Origin: Gracilinanus agilis
Taxonomy: Eukaryota
Direction: 5' to 3'
Assembly: GCF_016433145.1 (NCBI RefSeq)
Contig: NC_058130.1
Span: 361,978,951-362,042,950 of the forward strand
Length of the DNA stretch: 64,000 bases
Part shown: positions 51,360 to 63,667 of the stretch, piece after piece
Layout of the letters: every line of letters begins with the position of its first letter
Numbering within the stretch: the first letter of the stretch is position 1
Notes under the pieces: generated by a model
What the model was told of the DNA's origin: nothing
Database searches by the model: none
The model's input: the letters and a program-made list of their open reading frames with translations, nothing else
Translations under genes and position numbers: made by a program

Positions 51360-52600
51360 GGAGAAAGGAACAGACTATAAGGGAGGAACAGATAGAGACA
51401 AAAACAGAAACAAAAATAGATTGACAATAGAGAAAATAAAGAGATGGATGATAAAGATGATAGATAAGACAGATACAGAGATAGATGATAGATTGAGGAA
51501 AAGAGATTGATAGAAAGGGATAGACGATTGGTAGATAATTACTAGAGATAGATAACAAATTAAATAGATGGTAGAGATAAAATAGAGATAGATGATTGAT
51601 CATTTACATGATGGACAAGAAAAAGAGATATAAATATAGAAGACAGAGGCAGAGAGGAAGACATAGATACTGACAGAAAGCAACAGCAGTAGGAAGAGAT
51701 TAATGATTAGTTAATAGACAATAGCTAGATAAAGAACAGACAAAAGAGATAGAAAAGAATAAAAAAGTGATATGGAGATAGGTAGATATAAGTGAGATAG
51801 ATAAATGATAGATTAGAGACAAACATTGAGATAGATGAGAGTGAGAGGAAGAGTTAGATATTGAAAGAAAGATAGATAATTGATAGATAATAGCTAGAGA
51901 TAGATGATAGACAACAGCTATAGTTAAAAGATACAGATTGATTAGAGAGATTAAAAAAGGGGAGATGGAGGTAGTTAGATGATATAGATAAATGACAGAT
52001 AAGAGACAGAGATAATGATAGATGATGGAGAGAGAGGAAGAGATAGGTATTGGCAGAATAAAGGAAGATGGATGATAGATTATATAAATAAATGATAGGT
52101 AAGATACAGACATAGATATAGATAGATGTTAGAGACAGAGAGGAAAACATAGATATTGATAGAAAGAAGTGGAGGTAGAAAGAGATAAGTGACAGATAAT
52201 ATGATAGATAAATGGCAAAGATATTGTAGAAAGAAATAGAGGACAGATGAGAGACCGATATATCAACAGATGCCAGAGATAGAGAAGAAGAGATAGATAT
52301 TGATGGAAAAAGACAGACATAGGAAGAGATAGATTACTGATAAATAGCTACAGATAGATGACAGACAACAGAGATAGAGTTAGAAAGATATAGAGATGGA
52401 GATAAAAAGAGGGAGATGGAGATAGATTGATGATATACATAAATGGTAGATAAAAAGAGTATAAAATAGATGACAGTGAGGAAGTGATAAGTATTGGTAG
52501 AAATAGAGGTGGAAAGAAATAGAAGATTAATGGATAATACAGACAATAGAGATAGAAAGATATGTTATAGAGGTAGAAAGAGATAAAGATGGAAATGGAT
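51360..52600. repeat. Degenerate (GATA/AGAT)n satellite, ~1.2 kb
   Basis: Recurrent GATAGA/GACAGA/GATAA units. Confidence 0.9.
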
Positions 52601-52609
52601 TATTAACAG

Positions 52610-54560
52610 ACAGAGTATTTATTAAGCATGTATTATGTACCAAGATCTGTGTGAAGTGCAAAGGATACAAATATACAAGAAAGCAAGATAATCCCTACCC
52701 TCAAGGAACTAACATTCTAAAGGAGAGAAGACAATGTATAAAGGGAAGCTGGAAAGCAAAGGAAGGGAAGAAAGGTAAAGATGATGGCTATGAAGTTTTT
52801 TAGAGATCTGTTTCCTAGCATGATGAGGCAAAAGCTTACCTCTTAGTGCTGAGAGACCCAGAGGTGGAGTCAGAGGTTGAGAGTGGCAGAGATGATGATA
52901 TAGGAAGCATGGTGACAAGATGAGGCGAGTGAGGGGCTCAGTTCTGGGCAATGGAAGTTTAAGGTAGCAATAGGGCATTCCTAAAGAGAGAGTGCTAACA
53001 GGAAGTTGGAAATGTAGGAGTGGAGAGGTCAGAGGCAGAGATGCTGAAAAGAGAATCATTTTCATAGGGTTGAAAACAGAAGCCACCAGAGTGGATAAGA
53101 AAGCTAAAGAACACTGTACAGAGAAAGAAGAGTTCTGAGGCATGAAGGAAAAGAGGAAACAAAGGGGAAAAAAGGGAAGGGCAACCATAGGCTGAAATGT
53201 TTTGGAAGCCTACCGAGAAGACATTTATTAAGAAGGTGATAGCCCCAACCTCCACTCCCCACTCCCATCAGCTACAAACTCTGCCTCCTACTAGACTGAA
53301 GAAATCAAGGCAATTTCCCAAGCTCCCCTCCTCCTTATCATACATCTCTCAGTTGCCTTCTCCCATTAACTCCTTTTCTTCTGAATCACATGAAGATGTG
53401 GCCCTTTTCCTGATCAAGTCAAAACCCCTCAACATGGGCCCTTGGTCCCACTCCCTCCCATCTTCTCTAGCAGATTGCCCCTATTCTCATCCCCAGTCTC
53501 TGATTAATCTACAATCTCTCCTTGTCTACTGATTGGGATAAGTGTTTTCTCTATTCTCCGATTCCTACAAAATATGTTCTCTCTCCCTCATCCTTAAAAA
53601 ACAATCTCACTTGATCAGATGGCTCCTTATCCACCATCTCTATCTCTCTCTTCTTGGCCAAGCTCCTTGAAATGGTTTTCTAAACTCAGGGTCCCCTTCT
53701 ATCTCCTCTAATTCTTTTCTAAACCTTCTACAATGTGGTTTCCAACCACATCATTTGACAGCTCTCTCCAAAGGAACCAGTGGCCTCTTAATTGCCAAAT
53801 CTAATGCCCTTTTCTCATTCCTTACCCTCCTTGGCTTCTTTGACCTCCTTGACTGTACTAAGTTATCATCAAGATCCTGGCCACTATGTGGGACTTCATC
53901 CCAGGGATCTGGTATAAAGCTTCTTTTCTTCTTGGAGATCTCATCAGCTCCCATGTTTGTGGAGATGACAACATAAACAGCCTTCAAATCTCTCCTGAGT
54001 GCCCATCCCAAACACTAATTGTCTTTTGGATATTTCTACCTGTATATATAGACATCTCAAACTTAACACACTCAAAATTTAACGTCTTTCTTTCTAAATC
54101 CACACCTCTCCCTAACTCCCCTATTTTTGTCAAGGGCACTGCCATTTTCCTGATTTCCCAGTTTTATAGTATTTGATTCTTCCTTTCCCTTATTTCTCTC
54201 CCCTGCTCCCACTTTCCTCATTCAATGAGTTTCCAAACTGCTTTAATTTTACCTTCACAACATCGCTTGTCTCAATCATCTTCTCTCCATTCACTTACAT
54301 GGTTTGTGTACACCATTCTACTATTGGACCACACCACCTCTTACCTGGAACTAATTTCCCTGCACCCAGTCTTTTTAATGTCCAATAAAACTTCTGCACA
54401 GTTGGCAGACAAATCTGCCCAGGATCATGCCTGCTCTCAAAATAACTTTCTGTTACCTCTACGAGAAAATACAAATACCTGTTTGTCATTTAGACTCTTC
54501 CCAGTCTATCTTAAACCTATTTTTCGAGTCTGATTTCCCATTTCTCCTTCTGACAGAATT
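52610..54560. mobile_element. L2 fragments (minus-strand 3' end ~52610-53200; plus-strand RT region ~53270-54560)
   Basis: TATTTATTAAGC...CCCTCAAGGAACTAACATTCTA (L2 tail, reverse) and GGCCAAGCTCCTTGAAA...TTAATTGCCAAATCTAATG (L2 RT). Confidence 0.7.
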
Positions 54561-56931
54561 GACATTCCAAACTTGCCTACTTGCTATTTCCTGTACACAA
54601 CAACAATAACTAACATTTATATAGCACCTACTAGGTGCCAGGCATTGTGCTACAATTGTTATCTCATTTAATCCTCATGACAACCCTGTAAAGTAGGTGC
54701 TATTATTATTCCCATTTTATAGATGAAGAAATGGAGGCAGGCAGAAGTTAAATGACTTGCCCAGAGTCACACAGCTAGCAAGTGTCTTGAGGTTGAATTT
54801 GAATTCAAGGCTTTCTGACTCCAGGTCCAGCACTTTATCTACTGTACCACTTAGCTGCCCAAATACAAAATGACTTTTTATTTGATATGTCTCAAATATA
54901 TTATATATTAGCTGCATATATGCTGTCTCTTCCCATCCCACCCCTTTACTTCCCTAAGTAGAACAAAAATTCCTTTCAGGCAGGGATTATTTTGTTTTGG
55001 TCTCTGTGTATCTAGCACCTACTCCACAGGAAGTTTTATACACCTTTGCTAACCTGAACTGAATCTCCCACTATGATATTATAAGTTCCACAAGGGAGTA
55101 GAAATCCTGTCTTATCTAAACTTGATGCACCCACTCCTGGAGATCAGGGACTGGCTTGGGCTTTTGTATCTCCAGGGCTTAGCATGGTGCCTTGCACAGA
55201 GTTTAATAAATGTTTGCCTAATTGAAATTAATTGCATCTCATCAAGCTTCTAGCTGCACTCTGTACACAGTGGGAACATGTACAACTGAATATTGAATCC
55301 AATTCATCAGTACAATCTGTTAAACATAATTTAATCCTTCTTTGATGGTTCAGGACCTTTCAGTGCTGTAGTCAGGAGCCTTGTTATGAACAGCAATCAT
55401 CACTGTGCCTTCTATAGGAATGATATAAGACTCACAGGTGGCTAACACTAGCAGGAATCGCTCAGTCGCTTGACCAACATTCCCAGATACTACCGGGTTC
55501 CTCCTGCCTAGTTGGGGATGTGGCTGGAGAATGGGACTCCTGGGGAGGTATAAATTATTGTCTGTAGATGTCTACCTGCTCAACTAAAGCTATGTCTGTG
55601 CATTAAAAAAAAGTGGTTGATGATAAAGGAGTAGACAGCATAGAGCAGAATTCTTTCACACTTTTCCCAAAAGAATTTGGCAACACAATACTTTCAGTTA
55701 ATGCAATAAATTGACAGAATCTCAAAACATTGGTTTAGAATTATGCAGTACCCATAAATTCTGGGCTGTTGGAGAAGATGTTGGACACTTTAATAAGAAG
55801 GGAAATGCACCTATTTTTCATTTAAAAATTAAAAAAAAGTGGTTGGTTAAGTCTGGTCCTCTTATTTTATAGGACTCCTGAGATTCAGTGGTTTACCCAA
55901 GGTCACCCAACTAGTAAGTGGCAAAGATTTTGGACACCCAAACCCAAACTCATCCTAGGCTGATCTGAATGTATACTGGCCACAGAGTACATTCTTGAAG
56001 TTTTAATGATAGCTAATAATAATAACTAACATTTATATAGTGCTTACTATGTGCCAGGCACTCTGCCAAGTGCTTTATAATTATTAGCTCATTTGATCCT
56101 CAAAACAACCTTGGAAGGTAGATGTTATTATTATCCCCACTTTATAGATGAATAAACTAAGATAAATGGAGGTTATGTGATTAGCCCAGGGTCATGTAGG
56201 ATCTGAAGCCAAATTTAAACTTATGTCTTCTTGACTCTAGATCCAACGTGTTATCCACTTTACCTAAAAAATTCACTCATTTTCTTTCATCTGATCACTG
56301 CCCTCTGTTACTCTTATTTCTCTACAGGTTTAAAAAAAGCCATTGGAACCATGGAAAAATATCCTTCATTAATTAACTAATTGATTAATTAAAATTAAAA
56401 AAGCCATTTGGTAGGATGATTTACCCTATTATCATACTTTTCAGGAGAGCAGAAATGACTAAATAAACCCTCACAACAATGTGCCATGTCTGTGTAAAAG
56501 ATTCAGAGATGGATTAACTTCTGTGTTCTCCCCCTTTCCCAGCTTCATTCCCTATCACCAAAAATAACCCTACTTACTACCCCTCGTTTCTCTCCCACCC
56601 CTCTAGGCTTTTTGGAGTTATACCCAGATTTGCCACAGCCTTCCAACTTCTGCGTCCTGGAAACCTGCCTTCTGACATTATATTTCTTTCTTATGTCCCT
56701 TTAGTCAATCTCAACTTCTGTTTTCTTCACGCCCACACTTGTAGGATTGGGATCTTGGTGATTTCCCAACCATGCAAAGCCTGCCTGACCCTTGGAGATT
56801 CTCAGTTAGTGTAAGAACCAGTCACAAAACTTATGGATATGAATCTAGTTTCCCTTTCAATTCTCCTGGCAGCCTTTGTCACCCACGACATTTTCTCAAG
56901 AAAATAAAATAGTGTTCAAAGTTCCAATTGG

Positions 56932-57092
56932 GCCTAGAGACAGGAGGTCCTAGGTTCAAATCTGGCTTCAGACACATCCCAGCTGTGTGACCCTGGGCAA
57001 GTCACTTGACCCCCATTGCCTACCCTTACCACTCTTCTGCCTTGGAGCCAGTACACAGTATTGACTCCAAGACAGAAAGTAAGGGTTAAAAA
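56932..57092 (+). mobile_element. 5'-truncated SINE1_Mdo-like SINE
   Basis: TSD AAAGTTCCAATTGG at 56918-56931 and 57093-57106. Confidence 0.9.
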
Positions 57093-57254
57093 AAAGTTCC
57101 AATTGGCCAAGATCTTTAACTATATTATTAGCTACATAGTCTTGAGAAGCTCTGAAATAACTATCATTCAAAGAAAACCCTGGTTCCAGTCCTAGCTCCA
57201 TTTCCCAGCCATATGACCCTGGACAAGCGCAATTTTTTCATTTCTAAGAAAGGA

Positions 57255-57480
57255 GTGATGTTGTTGTTTGTCCTTGTTTTTTGGAGAGGACCAGTGATAT
57301 CATCACGGGGTGATGTCTTGACTTGCATGTAAATTGGACGTGAGGCAGAATTGCACAAAGTCATCAGACTCATTCTCTCTTCCAGAGTCATCTAAGACCA
57401 GAAGCAAGACAAAAGTCAGGACAACTGGCAATGGCCGGGGATGCACTAGATCACCCTAGCATCTTTGATGTTTCACCAAG
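57255..57480. mobile_element. Marsupial RTE-associated SINE fragment (WallSI/RTESINE-like)
   Basis: Resembles, from memory, the TTGTTGTTTGTCCTT...GAGGACCA...CCAGAGTCATC family; family name uncertain. Confidence 0.45.
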
Positions 57481-57497
57481 CTCCCCTTGTTTCCAGT

Positions 57498-58089
57498 TGT
57501 TAAAAGGAGTTTCTTTATCTCTCCATCTGTTTCTTTAAGAGGCAGAAAAGAGGCATGAACAGAAACATTTCTAAATAAGAGCAGTAGAGAGCTCTTATTC
57601 TAAGATTCCCTAGGAGACTAAGAAAGTATTTAAGAAAGAGACAGTTTCGAGAGGGGGCTTTTGCCTGTGCATTCCATAGAGAGCAGGTGGTTGGTTTGTT
57701 TTTGTCTCAGTCAGACTGGCAGTTTAAACCTACTGACAGTTGGGATATAGGCAACAGAATTTAAGGAGGTTGTGGGAGATTAATATTTATTGATTAGTTT
57801 AGGTAGTTAATGAATATAATTTTAGGTAGACAGTGTAGTTAAGTTAGGCCTCTCCTGGCTCAGGCAGAAGACCTGTCCTCGAAGATAGTTAAAGTAGGGT
57901 TTTTTTTAGAAATTTTAGGTAGGCTTAGGAATTTAGGTATAGTTATAAGATATTAGAGTAATAATCTCACTTTCCTCTTTCTTATTTGCTATCTGAACTT
58001 CTTCTAAGAATAATCTAAGTGTTTTGTGTTTTATCAAACTGCTCTCCTCATTTGTGTCAAACTCCTACCCAAAAATTTAACCCTTAACA
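57498..58089. mobile_element. Solo LTR (592 bp, ERV1-type 4-bp TSD)
   Basis: Inverted termini TGTTAA...TTAACA; TSD CAGT at 57494-57497 and 58090-58093. Confidence 0.75.
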
Positions 58090-58599
58090 CAGTGAATGCT
58101 CCCACCACTTTCATGGCCGCTGAAAAAAATTGTTCTTGTCTGCCATTTTACTGGGGAAAGTCCTCACAAGCTTGGGATAACTCACCAATGACCCTCAGCC
58201 TGCTTTAGCCAACTGCCAAGATGGTTTTACTGAGGTCTACGCTACTTTTTAATCCATTTTTCTTTTCTTTTTCGTCTGTGAGAAAGGAGTGATGACATGC
58301 CATTGACCTTAGGGGGCTGTCAGAGGACTCACATGGGCAATAAATGCCCAGATAGCACTCTTCTCACATGCAGAGAGCACAAGGCCAGGGTAGGAAGGCG
58401 AATGTACTAGATGAAAGAATGGGGATCTAAGAAGACCCTGAAAAGTTATGTGTACGATGGAGGGTCTAGACATTGAGGGCCCTAAGGTCCTGCCCAGCTC
58501 TAAACCAATGATGCTGGAGGTAAGCAGATCTTTTAAAGTGGAGTTTCCTATCAACGGTCTGAACTGGGGAGGGGAAGATGTTCATTTATTACAGCTCCA

Positions 58600-59720
58600 G
58601 GGAGAAATTTTAATGGCTTGTAGGCTGAGGCAACAACGTGATACCTGAGCTTCAAAAAAGCTCATTGTCCTTAGATTCCAGTAAGAAACAAGAGAGCTAA
58701 CAGTCTGGTCAGACTTACTATCTCCAGAGTATTGAGTTTGGCTTCTGGCGCCATATTTAAAGAGGAACATTAATAAAACTAGAGGTCTAGAACTAGAGGG
58801 GACCTCAGAGGCCACCTAGTCTGATTCCTTCATTTTACAGGTTGCTGGTTGATGATGATGAAGATGATACCTGCCATTTATATAGCATTTTAAGGTGGGC
58901 AAAGCACTTTAATAAATATTATCTCATTTGATCCTCACAAGCTTGGGATTGTAGGTGCTATTATGATCCTCATTTTACAGATGAGGAAACTGAGGCTGAC
59001 AAAGGTCAACTGACTTGCCCAGGCCACAAAGATAGTATCTGAGTGAACTCTGGTCTTGCTGACTTCTGTCTGGTGCCACCTAGCTGCCATGACAGCAATA
59101 CTCAAGGAAATTCAAATTCAGGGACTCACCTAAGGTTACACAGGTAGTTAAGCAACAAAGCAAAATTTGAGCCCAGATCCTCTAACTCCAGAGCTAGAGC
59201 TGATAGCACTAGACCTTGCTGGATCCTACAGAAGGGTATGGTTGCTCCATACAACAAGGATTCTCAGGAAGACCTCAAGATCATGTTGAATAAAGATCAG
59301 AGGAAGGAACTAGAGATTTTGTTGTTCAGTCATTTTCCAGTCATGTTCTACTCTTTGTGACTCATTTTGGAGTTTTCTTGGCAAAGATCCTGGAATGGTT
59401 TCCATTTGCTTCTCCAGATTATTTTTCAGATAAGGAAATTGAGGCAAACAGGGTGAAGTGATTTACTTAGGGTCACACTGCTAGTAATGCTTAGACTATA
59501 AAAAAGAATACCTGGATGGTAGATGCATGATTGCTGTCCTCAAGTATCTGATGGGCTTTTAGATTTTCTTGGTTTCACTTAAGAAAGCAAAGGCAGGAAC
59601 AAGAAGCAGAAACAAACTTAGGTCTGATATAGGAAACCTTCCCTCATAATTAGAACTATCTCAAGGTGGAACAGCACACCTTAGAAGGCTGCGGGTTCCC
59701 CACTTCCCATCCTTTTCACT
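58600..59720 (+). mobile_element. Fragmented CR1/L3 interrupted by MIR and MAR1 copies
   Basis: GAGTATTGAGTTTGGCTTCTGGCGCCATATTTAAAGAGGAACATT and CTCAAGTATCTG...ATAGGAAACCTTCCCTCATAATTAGAAC are L3-like blocks. Confidence 0.55.
59320..59490 (-). mobile_element. MAR1-like CORE-SINE
   Basis: GTTGTTCAGTC...TTTTCTTGGCAAAGATCCTGGAATGGTTT...CAGATAAGGAAATTGAGG. Confidence 0.7.
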
Positions 59721-59748
59721 GTTCTCCATCCCCATTCATTAGAGGTCC

Positions 59749-59944
59749 TTTTTTTTTTTTTTTTTAAAAACTCTTACCTTTGACCTTAACATTCTAAGGC
59801 AGAAGAGCAGCAAGGGCAAGGCAATGGGGGTTAAGTGACTTGCCCAGGTTCACAGAGCCAGGAAATGTCTAAGGCCAGATCTGAACCCAAGGTCTCCCTG
59901 ACTCCAGACCTGGCTTGGTATCCACTGAGCCACCCAGCTGCCCC
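59749..59944 (-). mobile_element. SINE1_Mdo-like SINE, minus strand
   Basis: Poly-T followed by reverse-complement SINE body ending CCACCCAGCTGCCCC; AGAGGTC on both flanks. Confidence 0.88.
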
Positions 59945-60208
59945 GAGAGGTCTTCTAAGAAAGGCTAGACTAGGACCCCTTTGGTTTGCAGAAGGGGACC
60001 TGTTCCATATACGAGTCAAAGGATGTAGCTCTGAGATCCTTTCTAATTCTAAGATTTTATCAAGCTTCAAAAATAATATATGCGGAGCACTTGAGAAGAT
60101 GCTAGAAAAACATAAGCTACCATGGCAAAGACATTCATTTACACATTCAGCCATTCTCTAGAAACCCAGCACAAATCAGATATGCCCCAAAAGTTCATGA
60201 TGGCTTAC

Positions 60209-60324
60209 CATTGGAGCAATTGTTAACATACTGCCCCACAGCCAGTGGATTTTGTACCTCCGAAGTCAGCCATGTACAGTCACTCATTTTAAAAGGGCCG
60301 AGTTGGTCTCTCCCATTGCATGAC
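60209..60324 (-). CDS. SETD9: SETD9 exon 4 (SCNGRDQLGPFKMSDCTWLTSEVQNPLAVGQYVNNCSN)
   Basis: Minus strand tgttttAG / 116 nt / GTaagc; phase 2 in, phase 1 out; includes the SET motif-III-like GQYVNNCSN. Confidence 0.94.
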
Positions 60325-60544
60325 CTAAAACAGGTAAACATATTAACTCAAAGATTGGTTTCATCTAACTTGAAAGAACGGAATTTGAAAATGTATCATT
60401 AAACATTATTAAATTAATATTATCAAACATTAAAAACAGAATTCTAATGAAAATATTTTCTACCACTCAAAAACATCAAAAAAATCAGATTACTAATCTA
60501 TTTCTTAAGGCAGGTGATACAGAGAAGCTCTTTACCTGGATTTT

Positions 60545-60720
60545 TTTTAAACCTTACTTTCTGTCTTAGTGACAACTCTAAAACAGAAAGGCAAGGACTA
60601 AGGGAAATGGGGTTAAGTGATTTGCCCAGGGTCATGTGGCTAGGAAGTGTCTGAGGACAGATTTGAACCTAGAATTTCTTGTCTTAAGGTCTCTCTATCC
60701 ATTGAGCCAGCTGCCTGCCC
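60545..60720 (-). mobile_element. Older SINE1-like SINE, minus strand
   Basis: Reverse-complement SINE body; degenerate TSD CTTTAYCTGRATTTTT at ~60530 and 60721. Confidence 0.8.
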
Positions 60721-62234
60721 CTTTATCTGAATTTTTAATTCAAGTATAATATGTAGTGGAAAGAGTATTAAATGTGGGGTCAGAAGATATGTGTTCAAAT
60801 CCTGCCTCTACTACTTATTAGCTAGGCCATCTTGCATGGGTAATTTAACCTTTTCTGAGACTCCATTTTTTTCTGCTATAAAAATGAGGTTTTACTAGAT
60901 GATTCCTAAGGTCCTTTAAATTCAAATTCTATGTCAGGAAACAAGTATTTATTAGGCATTTATTTTGTGCCAGGTACACTACTCAGTGCTGGAAATCCCT
61001 ACTGTCAAGGAACTCACATTCTAAGTGGGGAGACTACCAGTGAACAATGTACAAAACAAAAAATTTTCTATGTACATAGAAGATACAGAAAATATAAATG
61101 ATAAGTAATCTAAAAAATGTAGTATTTAGTAGTTCAATTATGGTATTTTAAAAGCATTAGGAAAAGTATTATTCTGTTTATATCTAAATGAACAGTAACT
61201 GGAGAGACTGGAGGAAAAAATGTGTCTGATTTGGAAGTTTAATATATTATTAACATTTTAATATTTTTTCATCATTGCTTAATTCATGACTAATTGTTTA
61301 AAACACTGTGAACCTGAATGTGTGTGTACATGTGTGCAGAATTCATTCCTACCTTTATTCACAATGGCAAATGTGGGGTGTTCTGTCTTTTGTATCATTG
61401 CTAAAAGAACCACTTTGTATGTGTTGTGTGGGTGGTCTCATCCTTTGCCATATAAATACAGATATAGTAGGGGGAGTCATGTGGTATTAACTCTGCCAAT
61501 CTTTTATTTTTTTTAAATCTGGAAAGTTGAGCCTCCTTTAATATGGATTTTCTAGTGCATGAAAGAGAATGAACAAGATAGAAATATTTTTTATCATATA
61601 GAATGTATATTTGTAAGTTTTTTCCATATTTCAGACTCTATTGGACAAAAAAGTGATTTTTGAATATCCTACCAACTAGATTTGAAGTTGTACATAGGTT
61701 ATTTTTGTTAGTCTCTTTTTAAAAAAATAATTTGTTTTCATTAATCCTTAGAATCTATTAAAATACAATCACAGATTAAGATCATCTCTCTAATGATGTA
61801 ACTTTAAATGATGCCACCTTTTCATAGTCCAGTTCCTGTATAGAGGCTAGCAAAACAGATATTATGAATATTATTCCCTGGAGAGAGTTAATTACATAGA
61901 ATGCTAAGTCACTGTGCCTTCTTACACTTAGGCTAAGAGAAGGGATGAACTATGGGGGTCAATACTTCCTACAAAGAAAAAAAATTGATAGGAAATCAGC
62001 ATCTCTTTTTACTTTTTTAAAAAGTGTTAGTGACAAGACATCATATGTTTCCTTTCATATGTTCCACTTAATAAAAATAAAAAATAGTGGAGTTTCCCCC
62101 CCACCAAATAAATGACTGCCTAAAATACAATATAAGTAGTGATGGGAGAAACTGAGAAAAGGACTTTTGAAGAAGGTAGGATTGGAGGCAAGATGTGAAG
62201 GAAGCAAGGGGTGAAGGGGAGGAGGGGGGGCATT

Positions 62235-62670
62235 CAGACATGGTATCAACCCCTCTGGAGAATGATCTAGAACTATGCTCAAAGGGTATAAAACTATACG
62301 TATCCTTCTACCCAGCCACACTGCTATTAAGTCTGTCCCAAAGAGGTCAAAGAAAAAGGAAAAGGGCCCATATGTACAAAAATATTTATAGCAGCTCTTT
62401 TTTTTTTTTTGGTGGCAAAGAACTGGAAACTGAAGAGCTGTCCATCATTATGGGAATGGCTAAACAAGTTGTGATGAAATACTATTATAAAAAAAAGATG
62501 ATCATTTCAGAAAAACCTGGGAAGATTTCTATGCAAACTGATGCAAAGAGAAGTGAGCAAAACTAGGAGAATGTTGTACATGGTAACAGCAATATTGCAT
62601 TATGATCCATTGTAAAAGACTCAGCTATTCTGTTCTATACAACGATCCAAGACAATTCCTAAGACCTAAG
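62235..62670 (+). mobile_element. L1 ORF2 C-terminus and 3'UTR fragment
   Basis: ORF 62195..62566 contains PLENDLELCSK...YPATLLL...MYKNIYSSSF, resembling the L1 ORF2 cysteine-rich C-terminal region. Confidence 0.75.
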
Positions 62671-62759
62671 AAAAAATATGAAAATAGATAAACCCTATTA
62701 TTTTATTACTTATTATTATGTTATATTATTCTATTATATTAAAACAGAAAGTGCTGGAG

Positions 62760-63500
62760 CAGATTCAATGGAATTGGATCGTGAGTTTGTCTTGGTAAGG
62801 AGGACCACCCCTTCATGCAAGATGGTGAAGGAAGAGATGATGGAAGGAAGGAAGGAAGAAGAAGAATAAAGCATGAAGATGAAAGATGATTTCTGAGTGA
62901 AATAAGAAGAGGAGGAGGACGAGATGAAAGGAAGCTCTAATCAAATGGTCTCAAGTTTTTCAGAAAGGTATGAGACAAGGTCCTTAGATGAAAAAGGGTG
63001 TTGGGAAGGGCTCCTCTGGGATGCTTCAGAAGAGATGAAAAGGTCTGGAATTGCTATTATAATAAAGTGGGACAGTGACTCCACTAGGGAGGCTTAAAAA
63101 GGATAGTCTGGCTGCAATGAGAGCCTTGTTGACATGAATCCACAGTGGATCCAGGCCATCATGGTTTCGTGGTTTTCTTACATACCATGAGAATAGGAGG
63201 GGAGACAGATGGTAGAAGTCCTCTAAAGGTGAGGCTTGGCAAGGTATAATGGGCGAGAGGATAGAGAGCTAGGGACTCTTGTGAAGAAGACAGTGTAACA
63301 TTGAACTGGTTCATCAACAGGTCAAGACAGACAAGAATGAAGAGTATAGTCAGTATAGGGGTGATGGCCTGCAAAAGATGGCAGTGGAGGATGGATAGTG
63401 AGGTTTGTCAATTGATAGCTGGGGAATTCAGACTCACAGGGATGGCGAGAATAGAAGAGGTGGGAGTATGCTAGCCAAAGACGAAGGAATACAAGTAAAG
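62760..63500 (-). mobile_element. L2 ORF2 5' (endonuclease-proximal) fragment
   Basis: Purine-rich + strand; the degenerate minus-strand translation resembles L2 ORF2. Confidence 0.5.
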
Positions 63501-63667
63501 CATCAGTAGCTGAAGAGAAATTCTATAATATAGAATATGCCATTAATAATTGCCTTAATAAGAAATGTTTACCTGCATCTATGCTGTGTGGCAAAAGGAT
63601 AGAAATGTCTGGATTTCTGCTGTGAAATCTAAAAATGGTTATTTTCTTGTTTCTATCGCCAACTTAC

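Noticed and set aside
51202-52546. Multiple S/L/I/Y-rich or D/R-rich ORFs
   Set aside because: Translation of the GATA satellite.
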